Shown: positions 8,125 through 17,934 of the stretch, piece after piece
Numbering within the stretch: the first letter of the stretch is position 1
How the letters are laid out: each line of letters begins with the position of its first letter
Source: Erysipelotrichaceae bacterium OH741_COT-311
GTDB taxonomy: Bacteria > Bacillota_I > Bacilli_A > Erysipelotrichales > Erysipelotrichaceae
Direction of reading: 5' to 3'
DNA: 32,000 bases
Assembly: GCA_003858585.1 (NCBI GenBank)
Contig: RQZE01000003.1
Span: 120,001 to 152,000, forward strand
Translations under genes and position numbers: made by a program
Notes under the pieces: model-generated
The model's input: the letters and a program-made list of their open reading frames with translations, nothing else
The model's database searches: none
What the model was told of the DNA's origin: nothing

Positions 8125-9312
8125 ATGACAGACTATAGTGTAAATCTTACCATCCAAACGATTTGGAATGTATCCCGCATTTTTTTAGATGTTTTAATCA
8201 TGTGGTTTTTAATATATTATGTAATTAAATTTGTTCGTAACAATGCACGTACCATTCAGATTTTTAAAGGAATTGTGTTTATTATTATCATTAATGGTTT
8301 AGCGAAAATCTTAGGTTTAGGTACGGTGGAATGGTTGTCAAACATGGTTGTCAGCTGGGGCTTTTTAGCTGTTATTATTATCTTTGTGCCGGAAATTCGT
8401 AGTGTATTAGAAAAACTTGGAAAGAGTAATGTTTTTTCAAAGATTACAACCTTATCAGGGAATGAAAAAGAACACCTTGTGGATGAAATTGTAAAAGCGA
8501 GTATGATTTTATCAAGACAACATACAGGAGCTTTAATCTGTATTGAACAAGGACAATCCTTACAAGATTATGTAAAAACAGGTATTATTTTAAATTCTGT
8601 AGTATCAACCGAATTAATTACTTCTTTATTTGTAACAAGTACACCCCTTCATGATGGGGCAGTGATTATTCAAGGGAACAAAATTGCTTGTGCAAGCGCC
8701 TATTTTCCGCCAACCAATTTAGAACTTCCTTCCAAATATGGTTCAAGACATCGTGCTGCCATTGGTATGAGTGAGATTACGGATTCTGTGACCATTGTAA
8801 TATCTGAAGAAACAGGAAGTATTTCGATTGCAGATGGTGGCAAGATTATTACGGTAAATCGTAAAGAATTGCGTAATTACTTAATGCGTGTCATCTGTAA
8901 TGAAGAAACAGAATTGAAATACAAAGAAGAACAACATAGTGAATTTGTTGTATTAGACAGTCCGGATGTTGTAGTAGAAAAGAAACAAGATAAGAGTAGT
9001 TTCTTTAATAAATTTACAATTCGTCGTCAAAACAAAAAAGTAAAACCGGAAAAACAAGTAGAAGTTATAGAAGAAAATATACAAGAACTTCAAAATAAAG
9101 AAGAAGAAATCTTTAAGGAACTGGAAGAAGAAGAAAATAATATCAAGTTACCTGATAAACGTAAATTTACTTCTTTTGAAGATATTGTGAAACAAGATGA
9201 TGATTTTAGTTATTTGAATTTAGATGGAGATTTAGAAATTCTAGAAATTTCTACGAAAGATGAACCAATCTCACCAAATAATCAAGAAGATGGAGGTGAA
9301 CAAAATGGTTAA
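8125..9312 (+). CDS. cdaA: Diadenylate cyclase CdaA (3 TM + DAC domain) with a long low-complexity C-terminal extension
   Basis: DAC motifs 'HTGALICIE', 'PLHDGAVII', 'GSRHRAAIGMSE' and 'VISEETGSISIA'. ATG 8125 lies 10 nt after GGAGG, so it is preferred over the TTG at 8116 used in the ORF track. Confidence 0.9.
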   Translation: MTDYSVNLTIQTIWNVSRIFLDVLIMWFLIYYVIKFVRNNARTIQIFKGIVFIIIINGLAKILGLGTVEWLSNMVVSWGFLAVIIIFVPEIRSVLEKLGKSNVFSKITTLSGNEKEHLVDEIVKASMILSRQHTGALICIEQGQSLQDYVKTGIILNSVVSTELITSLFVTSTPLHDGAVIIQGNKIACASAYFPPTNLELPSKYGSRHRAAIGMSEITDSVTIVISEETGSISIADGGKIITVNRKELRNYLMRVICNEETELKYKEEQHSEFVVLDSPDVVVEKKQDKSSFFNKFTIRRQNKKVKPEKQVEVIEENIQELQNKEEEIFKELEEEENNIKLPDKRKFTSFEDIVKQDDDFSYLNLDGDLEILEISTKDEPISPNNQEDGGEQNG

Positions 9313-10702
9313 AGATAAAAATAAAATGAATAATGATTCTGAAGTAAAATTAGAACTGGCGAATCGCATTGCGCAACAAAGTAAGCGTGTAAGTACAACT
9401 TATCAAAACTTTGAAGCGGGTATCTTTAAAATCTTCCGTACGATTAGTACGCTGATTGATCGAATTTTATTTAATTCTAAGTACAGTATTTTAGTATCTT
9501 TAGGCTTAGCGATTTTATTTTATATATCAATTAACTTTAATTCAGACAATTCTCTTTTTTCACGTACGACAATCAATGCCAAAGAACTTTATAATATTAA
9601 AGTAAATGCTTCGTATAACGTGGAAAGCTTTGAATTATCCGGCTTGCCTACAACAGCCAATATTACTATTATTGGTGATGCCAGTGATGTCATTACCGCA
9701 AGTAATAAATCTGGATATGTCTTAGCCGATTTAGATGGTCTTGTAGAAGGAAAACATGTGGTTAAGTTAAAAGCAGTAGGGTTTGGAGATAATGTCAATG
9801 TGAAGGTGGATCCAAGTAATGCCTATGTAACTTTAAAGAAAAAGACAACTCGTCAATTTGATTTAAGTTATGATTTTATTAATACGGATAAATTAAATAA
9901 TATTTATATTTTAGGGAAACCTGAATTTGAAAATAGTAAAGTAAATGTTCGTGCTTCTCAAGATACATTAGATAACATTTCCCTTGTAAAAGCGTTGATT
10001 GATGTAACAGGTGTGGATGGCAACTTTACAAAAGCAGCTAAATTAGTTGCGTATGATTCAAGTGGTAACATTGTAAATGCGGATATTGTGCCGGAAACGG
10101 TAAATGTAAGTGTTTCAGTTACTTCTCCAAGCAAGACAGTACCAATTGTCTTAAAGACAACCGGAGAATTACCGGAGGGTATGTCTATTGATTCTATTAC
10201 GATGGATAATCAAACGGTAACGATTTATGCAAGTGATACGGTTTTAAATAAAGTAGAGAAAGTAACGGTTGAATTAGATGCATCAACCTTGAATAAGGAT
10301 ACAAAGATTGTTCAACCGATTGTACTTCCTACCGGTGTTAATAGTTCAACGATTACAAAAGTAAACTTAGACATTAAGCTTGGACAAACAACATCAAAAG
10401 AAATTGAACATGTTGATATCATGTATATTAATAATGTCAATAAATTATCACTTTCGGTATTAAATAATCAGACAACCGTAACGGTGATTGCCTATGGTAC
10501 CGAAGCGAATTTAGCACAGCTTACAAAAGATGATATCAACGCCTACATTGATTTACAAAATGCCCAAGCAGGTGTTACGGAAGATATTCCAATCTATGTA
10601 GATCAAAATTCAACATCGTTTGTAAAATATGTCTTAAAACAAAATAAACTAAACGTTACGTACAGTGATGGAAGTACAAAAGAGGATAAAAAAGATGAGT
10701 AA
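9305..10702 (+). CDS. cdaR: CdaA regulatory protein CdaR (YbbR-domain repeats, N-terminal TM anchor)
   Basis: Sits between cdaA and glmM. One TM helix ('ILVSLGLAILFYISI') is followed by repeated ~90-aa beta-rich YbbR-like modules. ATG 9305 lies 8 nt after GGAGG 9292-9296 and overlaps the cdaA stop. Confidence 0.8.
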   Translation: MVKDKNKMNNDSEVKLELANRIAQQSKRVSTTYQNFEAGIFKIFRTISTLIDRILFNSKYSILVSLGLAILFYISINFNSDNSLFSRTTINAKELYNIKVNASYNVESFELSGLPTTANITIIGDASDVITASNKSGYVLADLDGLVEGKHVVKLKAVGFGDNVNVKVDPSNAYVTLKKKTTRQFDLSYDFINTDKLNNIYILGKPEFENSKVNVRASQDTLDNISLVKALIDVTGVDGNFTKAAKLVAYDSSGNIVNADIVPETVNVSVSVTSPSKTVPIVLKTTGELPEGMSIDSITMDNQTVTIYASDTVLNKVEKVTVELDASTLNKDTKIVQPIVLPTGVNSSTITKVNLDIKLGQTTSKEIEHVDIMYINNVNKLSLSVLNNQTTVTVIAYGTEANLAQLTKDDINAYIDLQNAQAGVTEDIPIYVDQNSTSFVKYVLKQNKLNVTYSDGSTKEDKKDE

Positions 10703-12029
10703 ATACTTTGGAACGGATGGAATACGAGGAAAGGCTAATGTAACGTTAACCGTTGAAACAGCCTTTAAAATCGGTCGTTATTTAGGTTATCATTTTAGTA
10801 AAGAAAAAAAAGCCCATATTGTTATTGGTAAGGATACACGTTTATCAAGTAGTATGTTTGAGTGTGCCATTGCCTCAGGAGCAAGTAGTAGTGGTTGTGA
10901 TGTTTCTTTGGTTGGATATTGTCCAACACCGACGATTGCCTATTTAACCAAAAATATGCATTTTGATTGTGGGGTTATGATTAGTGCGAGTCATAATCCA
11001 TACTATGATAATGGAATTAAGATTTTTTCAAGTGAAGGAATTAAAATTGATGCGCATCTTGAAGAATTAATCGAAGCTTATATTGATGATGAAGTAAGTC
11101 TTGAATATGCTTCAGGAAATGCGATTGGTAAAATTGAGACGTATAAGGAAGGCTTACAACACTATTTAGATTGGTTAGCTTCTTTATTTCCAATGGATTT
11201 ATCAAATTTTCATATTGCGATTGACTGTGCCAATGGTTCAAGTACGACTACAGCACTTCAACTTTTAACACGTCTACATGCGAATTGTCATGTCATAAAT
11301 CATGAACCAAATGGCATTAATATCAATGAAGGTTGCGGTTCTACACATCCAGAAGCTTTATGTAAACTTGTAAAAGAAGGTAAGTATGACTTAGGCTTAG
11401 CATTTGATGGAGATGCGGACCGTCTTATTGCGGTTAATGAAGATGGGCAACTCATTGATGGTGATTACATTTTATACATCTGTGGTAAGTTTTTAAAAGA
11501 GAATGATGCTTTAGAAAACAATACGGTTGTCACAACAGTAATGGCTAATCTTGGTTTCTTTAAGGCGATGGAGCGTTTACAAATTGATACAAAGTCAACA
11601 AAAGTTGGTGACAAGTATGTCTATGACTGTATGGTAAAAGAACACTTCACTTTAGGTGGAGAACAATCCGGACATATTATTTTTTCAAACCATGCGACAA
11701 CGGGGGATGGTTTATTAACAGCTTTAAAACTCATTGAAGTGATGCATAAAACATCAAAGTCTTTAAAGACATTATCCGAAGGCTTAAAGATTTATCCACA
11801 ATTATTGGTAAATGTTCCTGTTAAAGATAAAGAAGTGGTGCTACATGATGAAGATGTAGCGAAAGAAATTAAAGATGTTACATTAAAATTGAAGGATAAT
11901 GGTCGTATTTTAGTTCGACCAAGTGGTACAGAACCATTAATTCGTGTTATGGTAGAAGCAGAAACAGAAGAATTATGTCATCATTATGTTTATCAAGTTG
12001 TTGATTTAATCAAACAAAAGAATTTATAA
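10695..12029 (+). CDS. glmM: Phosphoglucosamine mutase
   Basis: 'KYFGTDGIRG', the active-site 'SASHNPYYDNGIK', 'FDGDADR', 'GGEQSGH' and 'RPSGTEP'. The start is set at the 'MSKYFGTDG' ATG rather than the upstream in-frame ATG at 10665. Confidence 0.93.
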   Translation: MSKYFGTDGIRGKANVTLTVETAFKIGRYLGYHFSKEKKAHIVIGKDTRLSSSMFECAIASGASSSGCDVSLVGYCPTPTIAYLTKNMHFDCGVMISASHNPYYDNGIKIFSSEGIKIDAHLEELIEAYIDDEVSLEYASGNAIGKIETYKEGLQHYLDWLASLFPMDLSNFHIAIDCANGSSTTTALQLLTRLHANCHVINHEPNGININEGCGSTHPEALCKLVKEGKYDLGLAFDGDADRLIAVNEDGQLIDGDYILYICGKFLKENDALENNTVVTTVMANLGFFKAMERLQIDTKSTKVGDKYVYDCMVKEHFTLGGEQSGHIIFSNHATTGDGLLTALKLIEVMHKTSKSLKTLSEGLKIYPQLLVNVPVKDKEVVLHDEDVAKEIKDVTLKLKDNGRILVRPSGTEPLIRVMVEAETEELCHHYVYQVVDLIKQKNL

Positions 12030-12054
12030 AAGATGGCTTGCCATCTTTTTGTTT
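12028..12054 (+). terminator. Rho-independent terminator after glmM
   Basis: 'aaaagatgg-cttg-ccatctttt' hairpin followed by a T-rich run. Confidence 0.75.
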
Positions 12055-12081
12055 CAAAGTAAAAGGTAGGAGGTATGTACA

Positions 12082-12741
12082 TTGAAAAAAGTCATTAATA
12101 TTGTAGAGGATGAAAAAGATTTAAATGAATTAGTAAAGAGTTATTTGGAAAAAGAGGGCTATGAAGTAAATTCTTACTTATATTATGAAGATGCTTTGGC
12201 GAGTATTGAAAATCCAAATGTTCATCTATGGATTTTGGATATTATGCTAGATGATAAGAGTGGGTTTGATTTAATTGAGCGTATTCGTCAATATTCAAGT
12301 GATATACCTGTTATTTTTATGTCGGCTCGTGATAAAGAGTTTGATCGAATTATAGGGCTTGAAAAAGGAAGTGATGATTACATCACAAAGCCTTTTTCAC
12401 CTAAAGAATTGGTTCTTCGAGTTAATAATTTAATAAAACGTAGTTATAAAAGTATTGATAATAATCTTGAAGTTTATGGTTATGTGATTGATGAAGCTCA
12501 ACGTAAAGTATTGCATAATAATGAACCTGTAGATTTAACAACCAAAGAATTCGATTTATTGATGTTGTTTGTTAAAAATAAAGGAACGGCATTTTTAAGA
12601 GATAAGATTTTAGAAGAAGTGTGGGATAAAAATTATTTTGGATCCGATCGTGTTGTTGATGATACCTTAAGAAGATTAAGAAAGAAAATGCCAAACTTAG
12701 TTATACATACAATTTATGGCTTTGGCTATCGTCTAGGCTAA
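12082..12741 (+). CDS. OmpR/PhoB-family response regulator
   Basis: REC domain ('IVEDE', 'LDIMLDD', 'MSARD', 'DDYITKPF') plus a winged-helix C-terminus ('LTTKEFDLLMLF...GYRL'). TTG start lies 8 nt after GGAGG. Confidence 0.88.
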   Translation: MKKVINIVEDEKDLNELVKSYLEKEGYEVNSYLYYEDALASIENPNVHLWILDIMLDDKSGFDLIERIRQYSSDIPVIFMSARDKEFDRIIGLEKGSDDYITKPFSPKELVLRVNNLIKRSYKSIDNNLEVYGYVIDEAQRKVLHNNEPVDLTTKEFDLLMLFVKNKGTAFLRDKILEEVWDKNYFGSDRVVDDTLRRLRKKMPNLVIHTIYGFGYRLG

Positions 12742-14090
12742 TGAAACGTTTTCGTATTTGGTTAAAAGAATTATCACTAGCTCAACAATTATTTGCAATT
12801 GTCTTTTTTGTTGTGACTATTTTTACGGTTTTTTTATTTGTGTTCTTAGCAAATAATGTGGATGTATTTGTAAATAATCAAATGTATAGTGTGATACAGC
12901 GATCACAAGATAATTTGTTAAAGTATTATGTGAAACCGGAGAATGTAAGAGATATTAATAAAATTGATGATGTTGGAGTATATCACATTCTATATGAAAA
13001 AAACAGTCGTATTTTTAAGGTGAATGATACATCTATTTTAAATGATGAATTGATTGTACAAATTGAAGAAGTTATTAATAACATGAATACGACTCGATAT
13101 CAAGGTTCTTTGTATATAGATAAAGAAAAAACATTATTTATTTTTCGTGAGTTTGATATAGATAAATATTTAGTATCCGGATTAAATAATAATTTTCGTA
13201 AAGAATTTCGTTTAGCCCTTTTAAGCAGTATTATTAATTTAAATGTTTGGGTCATTATTATTTTATTTTCTAGTATCATGGTATGGTTGTTATTTTTAAT
13301 TCATCCGCTAAATTTAATACGTGCATATATTGAAAAAATTAAAGATGGACAAGAAGCAACTCTTAAAATTGATCGAAATGATGAAATTGGAGAGGTTGCT
13401 AAGGCATTGGTAATTATGCAGGATGAATTAAAAAGACAAGAAATTGTCAAAGAAGAAATGATACATAATATTTCACATGATTTAAAAACACCTATTGCAA
13501 CAATTAAATCTTATGGAGAAAGCATTAAAGACGGTATCTATCCTTATGGTAATTTAGAAACAAGCGTAGATGTTATTATTGAGCATGCCAATCGACTGGA
13601 AAAGAAAGTTTATAGTTTGTTGATGTTAAATCGCATGGAGTACTTAATGGAAAATACAGCTCAACAAACAACGGTCAACATGAAAGAGGTAACTGAAAAA
13701 GTGGTGATGGCAATCAAAATGATTAAACCTTCGATTAACATTACCATGGATCTAAAAGATGTTTATTTTTATGGGGATGAGGAACCTTGGCGTATAGTTG
13801 TTGAAAATTTATTAGATAATGCTTTACGATATTCAAAAAGTATCATTCATATTACTTTAAATGAAGAAGGATTAGCAATCTATAATGATGGAAGTACTTT
13901 AAGTCAAGACCTCCAAAAATCAATCTTCAAACCATATGAAAAAGGTGTAGGTGGACAATTTGGTTTAGGATTATCTATTGTTAGAAAAGTATGTATGAAT
14001 TACCACTATCAAGTTATTGGCGAAAATGTCAATAATGGTGTGGTGTTTAGAATCTATGAAACTAATGCTACAGGAAGAAAAAAAATTTAA
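12741..14090 (+). CDS. Sensor histidine kinase (2 TM, HAMP, HisKA, HATPase_c)
   Basis: H-box 'HNISHDLKTPIATI', N-box 'ENLLDNALRYS', 'YNDG' and 'GLGLSIV'. TAATG overlap with the response-regulator gene. Confidence 0.88.
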   Translation: MKRFRIWLKELSLAQQLFAIVFFVVTIFTVFLFVFLANNVDVFVNNQMYSVIQRSQDNLLKYYVKPENVRDINKIDDVGVYHILYEKNSRIFKVNDTSILNDELIVQIEEVINNMNTTRYQGSLYIDKEKTLFIFREFDIDKYLVSGLNNNFRKEFRLALLSSIINLNVWVIIILFSSIMVWLLFLIHPLNLIRAYIEKIKDGQEATLKIDRNDEIGEVAKALVIMQDELKRQEIVKEEMIHNISHDLKTPIATIKSYGESIKDGIYPYGNLETSVDVIIEHANRLEKKVYSLLMLNRMEYLMENTAQQTTVNMKEVTEKVVMAIKMIKPSINITMDLKDVYFYGDEEPWRIVVENLLDNALRYSKSIIHITLNEEGLAIYNDGSTLSQDLQKSIFKPYEKGVGGQFGLGLSIVRKVCMNYHYQVIGENVNNGVVFRIYETNATGRKKI

Positions 14091-14102
14091 TAATCTTATA
14101 AG

Positions 14103-14130
14103 AAAAGACATATGCTATGTTTTTTCTTTT
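14103..14130 (+). terminator. Weak AT-rich rho-independent terminator candidate
   Basis: 'aaaagacata-tgc-tatgtttttt' (contains one G-U pair) followed by a T-rich tract. Confidence 0.4.
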
Positions 14131-14148
14131 TATTTTTATGAAATAAAC

Positions 14149-14177
14149 TAGACAAAAACAAATAGGATTGATATATT
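14149..14177 (+). promoter_or_regulatory. Candidate promoter for the 14226-17788 signalling operon (TAGACA-17 nt-TATATT)
   Basis: Hexamers at 14149-14154 and 14172-14177 with a 17-nt spacer. Only a partial match to the consensus. Confidence 0.3.
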
Positions 14178-14225
14178 AAAGAAAATAAACAAACATAAAT
14201 ATCGACCTTTATAAGGGGGATCATC

Positions 14226-15902
14226 ATGTATATTAGTAAAAAAACCATAAAAACGAATATCATCATCCTAGGGTGTATTCTTTTTTGTGGGTGTTTACAT
14301 CTGATTGGTTATTATGTTGATCAAATTCCCTTTTCTGAAAACAATGTTATTTTTATGGTATATAGCTTTGGTATGTTACTTTGGATTATGCAAATTCAAA
14401 GAAGAATCATCCACCAAAAAGCGAAGTTATATCTATTATTAACAGCGATTTTTATGATACTTTGGATGTTGCTTAGAACGATAAAATACATCTATGTACC
14501 AAGTGATCACATCGTGCATCGTTATATTTGGTATGCTTATCATCCACTTATGATGAGTATGATTCTTTTTGATTTATTTGCAGTCTTACACACCGGAAAA
14601 CAAGAACAGCAAGCCATTGATGCAAAATGGTATGGTTTATATGTACCGACAATAGGATTCATCTTAATGTTTTTTAGCAATGATTTTCATCAATTAGCTT
14701 TTCGTTTTCATGATCCAATCGGTTGGACATCAACTAAAATGAGCTATGGGATCATCTACTATCTTGCACAAGGCTATATTTTATCTTTGTTCTTACTGAC
14801 TATGTTCATTGTCTTTCTGCGCTGTCTTGTAAAAGGAAGACGTAAATTTATATGGATTCCTATGATACCCATTAGTGTCGGTATTTTATATGCCGTAAGT
14901 TATGTTACGAAAAGTAATGTATTAAAATACTTATTAATTGCCTATAAACCGGCAGAAATGTCTTGTATTGTAATTGGTTTATTTACAGAAGCCTTAATTT
15001 TAACACGTCTATTACCATCGAATGATAACTATGAACAGTTTTGGAAATTATCTTCAATGAAAGCTGGGATTTTAGATCAGGATGGTAATCTCTATATTCA
15101 ATCACCGGGAGTATCAAATATTGATAAAAAATACATTTATAAGGCACAAATTGAAATGGTTTATTTAACCAAGGATATTGTGTTAAAGAGTAAACGTATG
15201 TTTCAAGGTTATTTGTTTTGGCAAAAAAATGTTGCGCAGTTTCATTTCTTAAATCATAAATTAAAACAATTAAAAGATAGTATTTTAGAAGAAAATGAAG
15301 TAATTGCAGCAGAAAATCAAATGAAAGAACAACACGCTCATATTAAAAATCAAAGAGAACTCTATGATTCCATTTGCAATAAAGTAAAACCTCAAGTGCA
15401 TAAGATTTCCATGTTATTAAACAGTATTCCAAAAGAGGAAGAAGCATTTTGTAATAGTATGAAACTAGCTTGTATACATAATGTATACATCAAACGATAT
15501 ACGAATTTAATGTTGTTGTATGAAAAAGATAAGTATCATTATTTTGAAGAATTGAAACTTGCTTTTATTGAATCATTAGATTACTTAACGATGGTAAACA
15601 TAGAAACGTATTTACAATGGGATGTAAACAAGCAACAGAAAACAACCTATGGCTTATGTTTGTATGAACTCTTTCAACAAATGGTTGAAGAAGCCCTTGA
15701 TACACTTACTGCTATCTTACTGCATGTAAAAGCAGAAGACGATTACATTCTTTTTGAACTTCAGATTGCCAATCCCAGGGCATATTTTTCTCAAGAAGAC
15801 TTACAAAAACGCTTAGGAGACTTTGTTACAGTAAAAACCAGTTACCAAGAAGATATTTATTACTTAACTATGGAATTACCAATGCAAGGAGGTAATGTAT
15901 GA
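14226..15902 (+). CDS. ~8-TM receptor-like protein with a degenerate histidine-kinase-like C-terminus (pseudo-HK; Tyr at the predicted phospho-acceptor position)
   Basis: Residues ~10-260 contain 7-8 hydrophobic helices. A coiled-coil follows, then 'KNQRELYDSICNK', which aligns by eye to 'EAKIKVHDDIGRS' of the next gene. 'MVEEALDTLTAI' aligns to the N-box 'LLESLTNTVRHA'. No G1/G2 boxes are present. GGGGGA RBS. 4-nt ATGA overlap with the downstream HK. Confidence 0.6.
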   Translation: MYISKKTIKTNIIILGCILFCGCLHLIGYYVDQIPFSENNVIFMVYSFGMLLWIMQIQRRIIHQKAKLYLLLTAIFMILWMLLRTIKYIYVPSDHIVHRYIWYAYHPLMMSMILFDLFAVLHTGKQEQQAIDAKWYGLYVPTIGFILMFFSNDFHQLAFRFHDPIGWTSTKMSYGIIYYLAQGYILSLFLLTMFIVFLRCLVKGRRKFIWIPMIPISVGILYAVSYVTKSNVLKYLLIAYKPAEMSCIVIGLFTEALILTRLLPSNDNYEQFWKLSSMKAGILDQDGNLYIQSPGVSNIDKKYIYKAQIEMVYLTKDIVLKSKRMFQGYLFWQKNVAQFHFLNHKLKQLKDSILEENEVIAAENQMKEQHAHIKNQRELYDSICNKVKPQVHKISMLLNSIPKEEEAFCNSMKLACIHNVYIKRYTNLMLLYEKDKYHYFEELKLAFIESLDYLTMVNIETYLQWDVNKQQKTTYGLCLYELFQQMVEEALDTLTAILLHVKAEDDYILFELQIANPRAYFSQEDLQKRLGDFVTVKTSYQEDIYYLTMELPMQGGNV

Positions 15903-17155
15903 GTAACATCTCCTTGACACATATCTTTATCCTTAGTAGTACTATGTTAGTATTAATGATTTCATCCATTTATCTAACATTATTAACCAAACGACTAGAA
16001 AAAGAACGCTGGTTATTTTATAGTTCTATTATACTTTTAGTTGTGATGATGGTACTGTCACAATCCTTTGCAGATTATGATTATTATCGCTTAGTACATA
16101 AAGAAAGATTCTTTTCTTCCTTCATCACGTTTATGTCCTTAGAAGACATTTATGTAATTCTTGTAGTATTACTACTTGCACAAGTGTATATTGCTAATAT
16201 GTATCGATTAAAGAAGAAAGTTTATATGCCGGATCAAGTAATTTATGAAGGTTTTAATCATTTTCCGGAAGGAATATGCTTTGCAGATAAGAGTGGTATG
16301 CCAATGTTAGTGAATCATCAAATGCAAAACATCATTTATAATCTATTTTGCGTACCAATGGTCAATATGAACGAGTTAAAACAACGTTTTAAACAAGGAC
16401 AAATAGTAGAAGGGTGCAGTGTCATGGATATGGGGGAATACTACATTGTACATGTTTTCGAAGAAGTCTATAGTATTCGTTATCTCACTTTAAATAATAT
16501 TACTGAAGTAACAGCGACTAAAATTACGCAAGAATATCATTTACTTCAAGAGTTAGAAATAACAAATCAAAAGTTAATCGAAACCAATCAGCGTTTAAAA
16601 GACTTTAATCAAAAAGTAGAACAATATGTAAGAGAAAAAGAAATCTTAGAAGCTAAAATTAAAGTGCATGATGATATAGGAAGATCCTTGTTGGCATTTC
16701 GCAGTTACTTAAATAAGACAACGAAAGATCGTAATGAATTACTTAAATTATGGAATCAAAGTATTCATTTAATGAAAGACGAAAGACAGGAACAAGAAAA
16801 TCTTGATAATTATCAACATGTTATAAAGATGGCAAAGCGATTGGGAGTGCATTTAGAAGTCAATGGGAAACAACCAAGTCATAAAAATGCAAGACGTATT
16901 TTAAGTCTATTACTATTAGAATCCCTTACAAATACCGTAAGACATGCGCATGGAGATTGTATTTATGCTGATATTGTGGAACAAGCAGGTTCCTATTGCA
17001 TTAAGGTATCTAATAATGGCATTCAACCAACCAAACCAATTCAAGAAAAAGGTGGCTTATTAAACCTTAGAAAAATGATTGAGCTACATCACGGAAGCAT
17101 GGAAATAAAACAAAAGCCTAATTTTACTATCCATGTTCATCTTATGAAGGAGTAA
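15899..17155 (+). CDS. Sensor histidine kinase, HisKA_3/NarL-partner type (3 TM, PAS-like region, coiled coil, DHp, HATPase_c)
   Basis: 'KVHDDIGRSL' H-box (His257, CAT 16667-16669), N-box 'ESLTNTVRHA', 'SNNG' and 'EKGGLLNL'. The PAS-like region is 'FPEGICFADKSGMPMLVNHQM'. Confidence 0.82.
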   Translation: MSNISLTHIFILSSTMLVLMISSIYLTLLTKRLEKERWLFYSSIILLVVMMVLSQSFADYDYYRLVHKERFFSSFITFMSLEDIYVILVVLLLAQVYIANMYRLKKKVYMPDQVIYEGFNHFPEGICFADKSGMPMLVNHQMQNIIYNLFCVPMVNMNELKQRFKQGQIVEGCSVMDMGEYYIVHVFEEVYSIRYLTLNNITEVTATKITQEYHLLQELEITNQKLIETNQRLKDFNQKVEQYVREKEILEAKIKVHDDIGRSLLAFRSYLNKTTKDRNELLKLWNQSIHLMKDERQEQENLDNYQHVIKMAKRLGVHLEVNGKQPSHKNARRILSLLLLESLTNTVRHAHGDCIYADIVEQAGSYCIKVSNNGIQPTKPIQEKGGLLNLRKMIELHHGSMEIKQKPNFTIHVHLMKE

Positions 17156-17158
17156 ACA

Positions 17159-17788
17159 ATGAAAAAAACAAGAGTCATGATTGTTGATGATCAATATGTA
17201 CCTAGAGAACTGTTTCGTATGTATGTGGAATACAGTGAACGTTATGAATTAGCGGTAGTTATCAGTTCAGCGGCATTTGCTTTAGCTTATTTATTGGATG
17301 AAAATGTGGATTTAATTATTATGGATATTTTAATGAACGATGGATCAAATGGATTGGATGTTGCTTATCGCATTAAACAAACCTATCCTAAAATCAAGAT
17401 TATTGCCGTAACCAGTATGTTTGAAGAAAGTTGGGTTAAAAAGGCTAAAAAAATAGGGATTGACAGCTTTTGGTACAAAGAAGCCGAAAAGGAAACAATT
17501 TTATCAATTATGGATCAAACGATGGAGGGGAAGCACGTTTATCCTACTTATAAACCGAAAATTAAATTAGGGTATATTGATTCGGGTAAACTTACGGAGC
17601 GTGAAATGGAAGTTTTAAGAGCTATGACTGCAGGGGCAACCAATACACAAATCGCTTTAAAACTGAACATGAAAGAAAACACGGTAAAAACCCATATTAA
17701 GCACATGATGGAAAAAACAGGGTGTGAAAACCGTACACAACTTGCCATACGTGCCAGGGTGGCAGGCATTGTTGTTGATAAAGAATAA
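17159..17788 (+). CDS. LuxR/NarL-family response regulator
   Basis: REC domain ('IVDDQ', 'DLIIMDILM', 'AVTS') plus a LuxR HTH ('LTEREMEVLRAMTAGATNTQIALKLNMKENTVKTHIKHMMEK'). AAGGAG RBS. Confidence 0.9.
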   Translation: MKKTRVMIVDDQYVPRELFRMYVEYSERYELAVVISSAAFALAYLLDENVDLIIMDILMNDGSNGLDVAYRIKQTYPKIKIIAVTSMFEESWVKKAKKIGIDSFWYKEAEKETILSIMDQTMEGKHVYPTYKPKIKLGYIDSGKLTEREMEVLRAMTAGATNTQIALKLNMKENTVKTHIKHMMEKTGCENRTQLAIRARVAGIVVDKE

Positions 17789-17816
17789 ATTCACAGGAAA
17801 ACCTGTGAATTTTTTC
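17788..17816 (+). terminator. Rho-independent terminator after the response-regulator gene
   Basis: 'aattcacagg-aaaa-cctgtgaatt' perfect 10-bp stem followed by a T-run. Confidence 0.85.
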
Positions 17817-17934
17817 TTGGAAACTATACCAATCTACTACTTTTGGGTGATGTGAAAAAATTAGAAAAGGATACAATAAAGGTATAAGATACTATCTTAA
17901 TGAAATAAAAACAAGCAGAAAAGGAGGACTGGAA

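Noticed and set aside
9589-11241. Antisense ORFs 9589-9798 and 11041-11241 within cdaR and glmM
   Set aside because: They are shadow ORFs opposite strongly supported genes.
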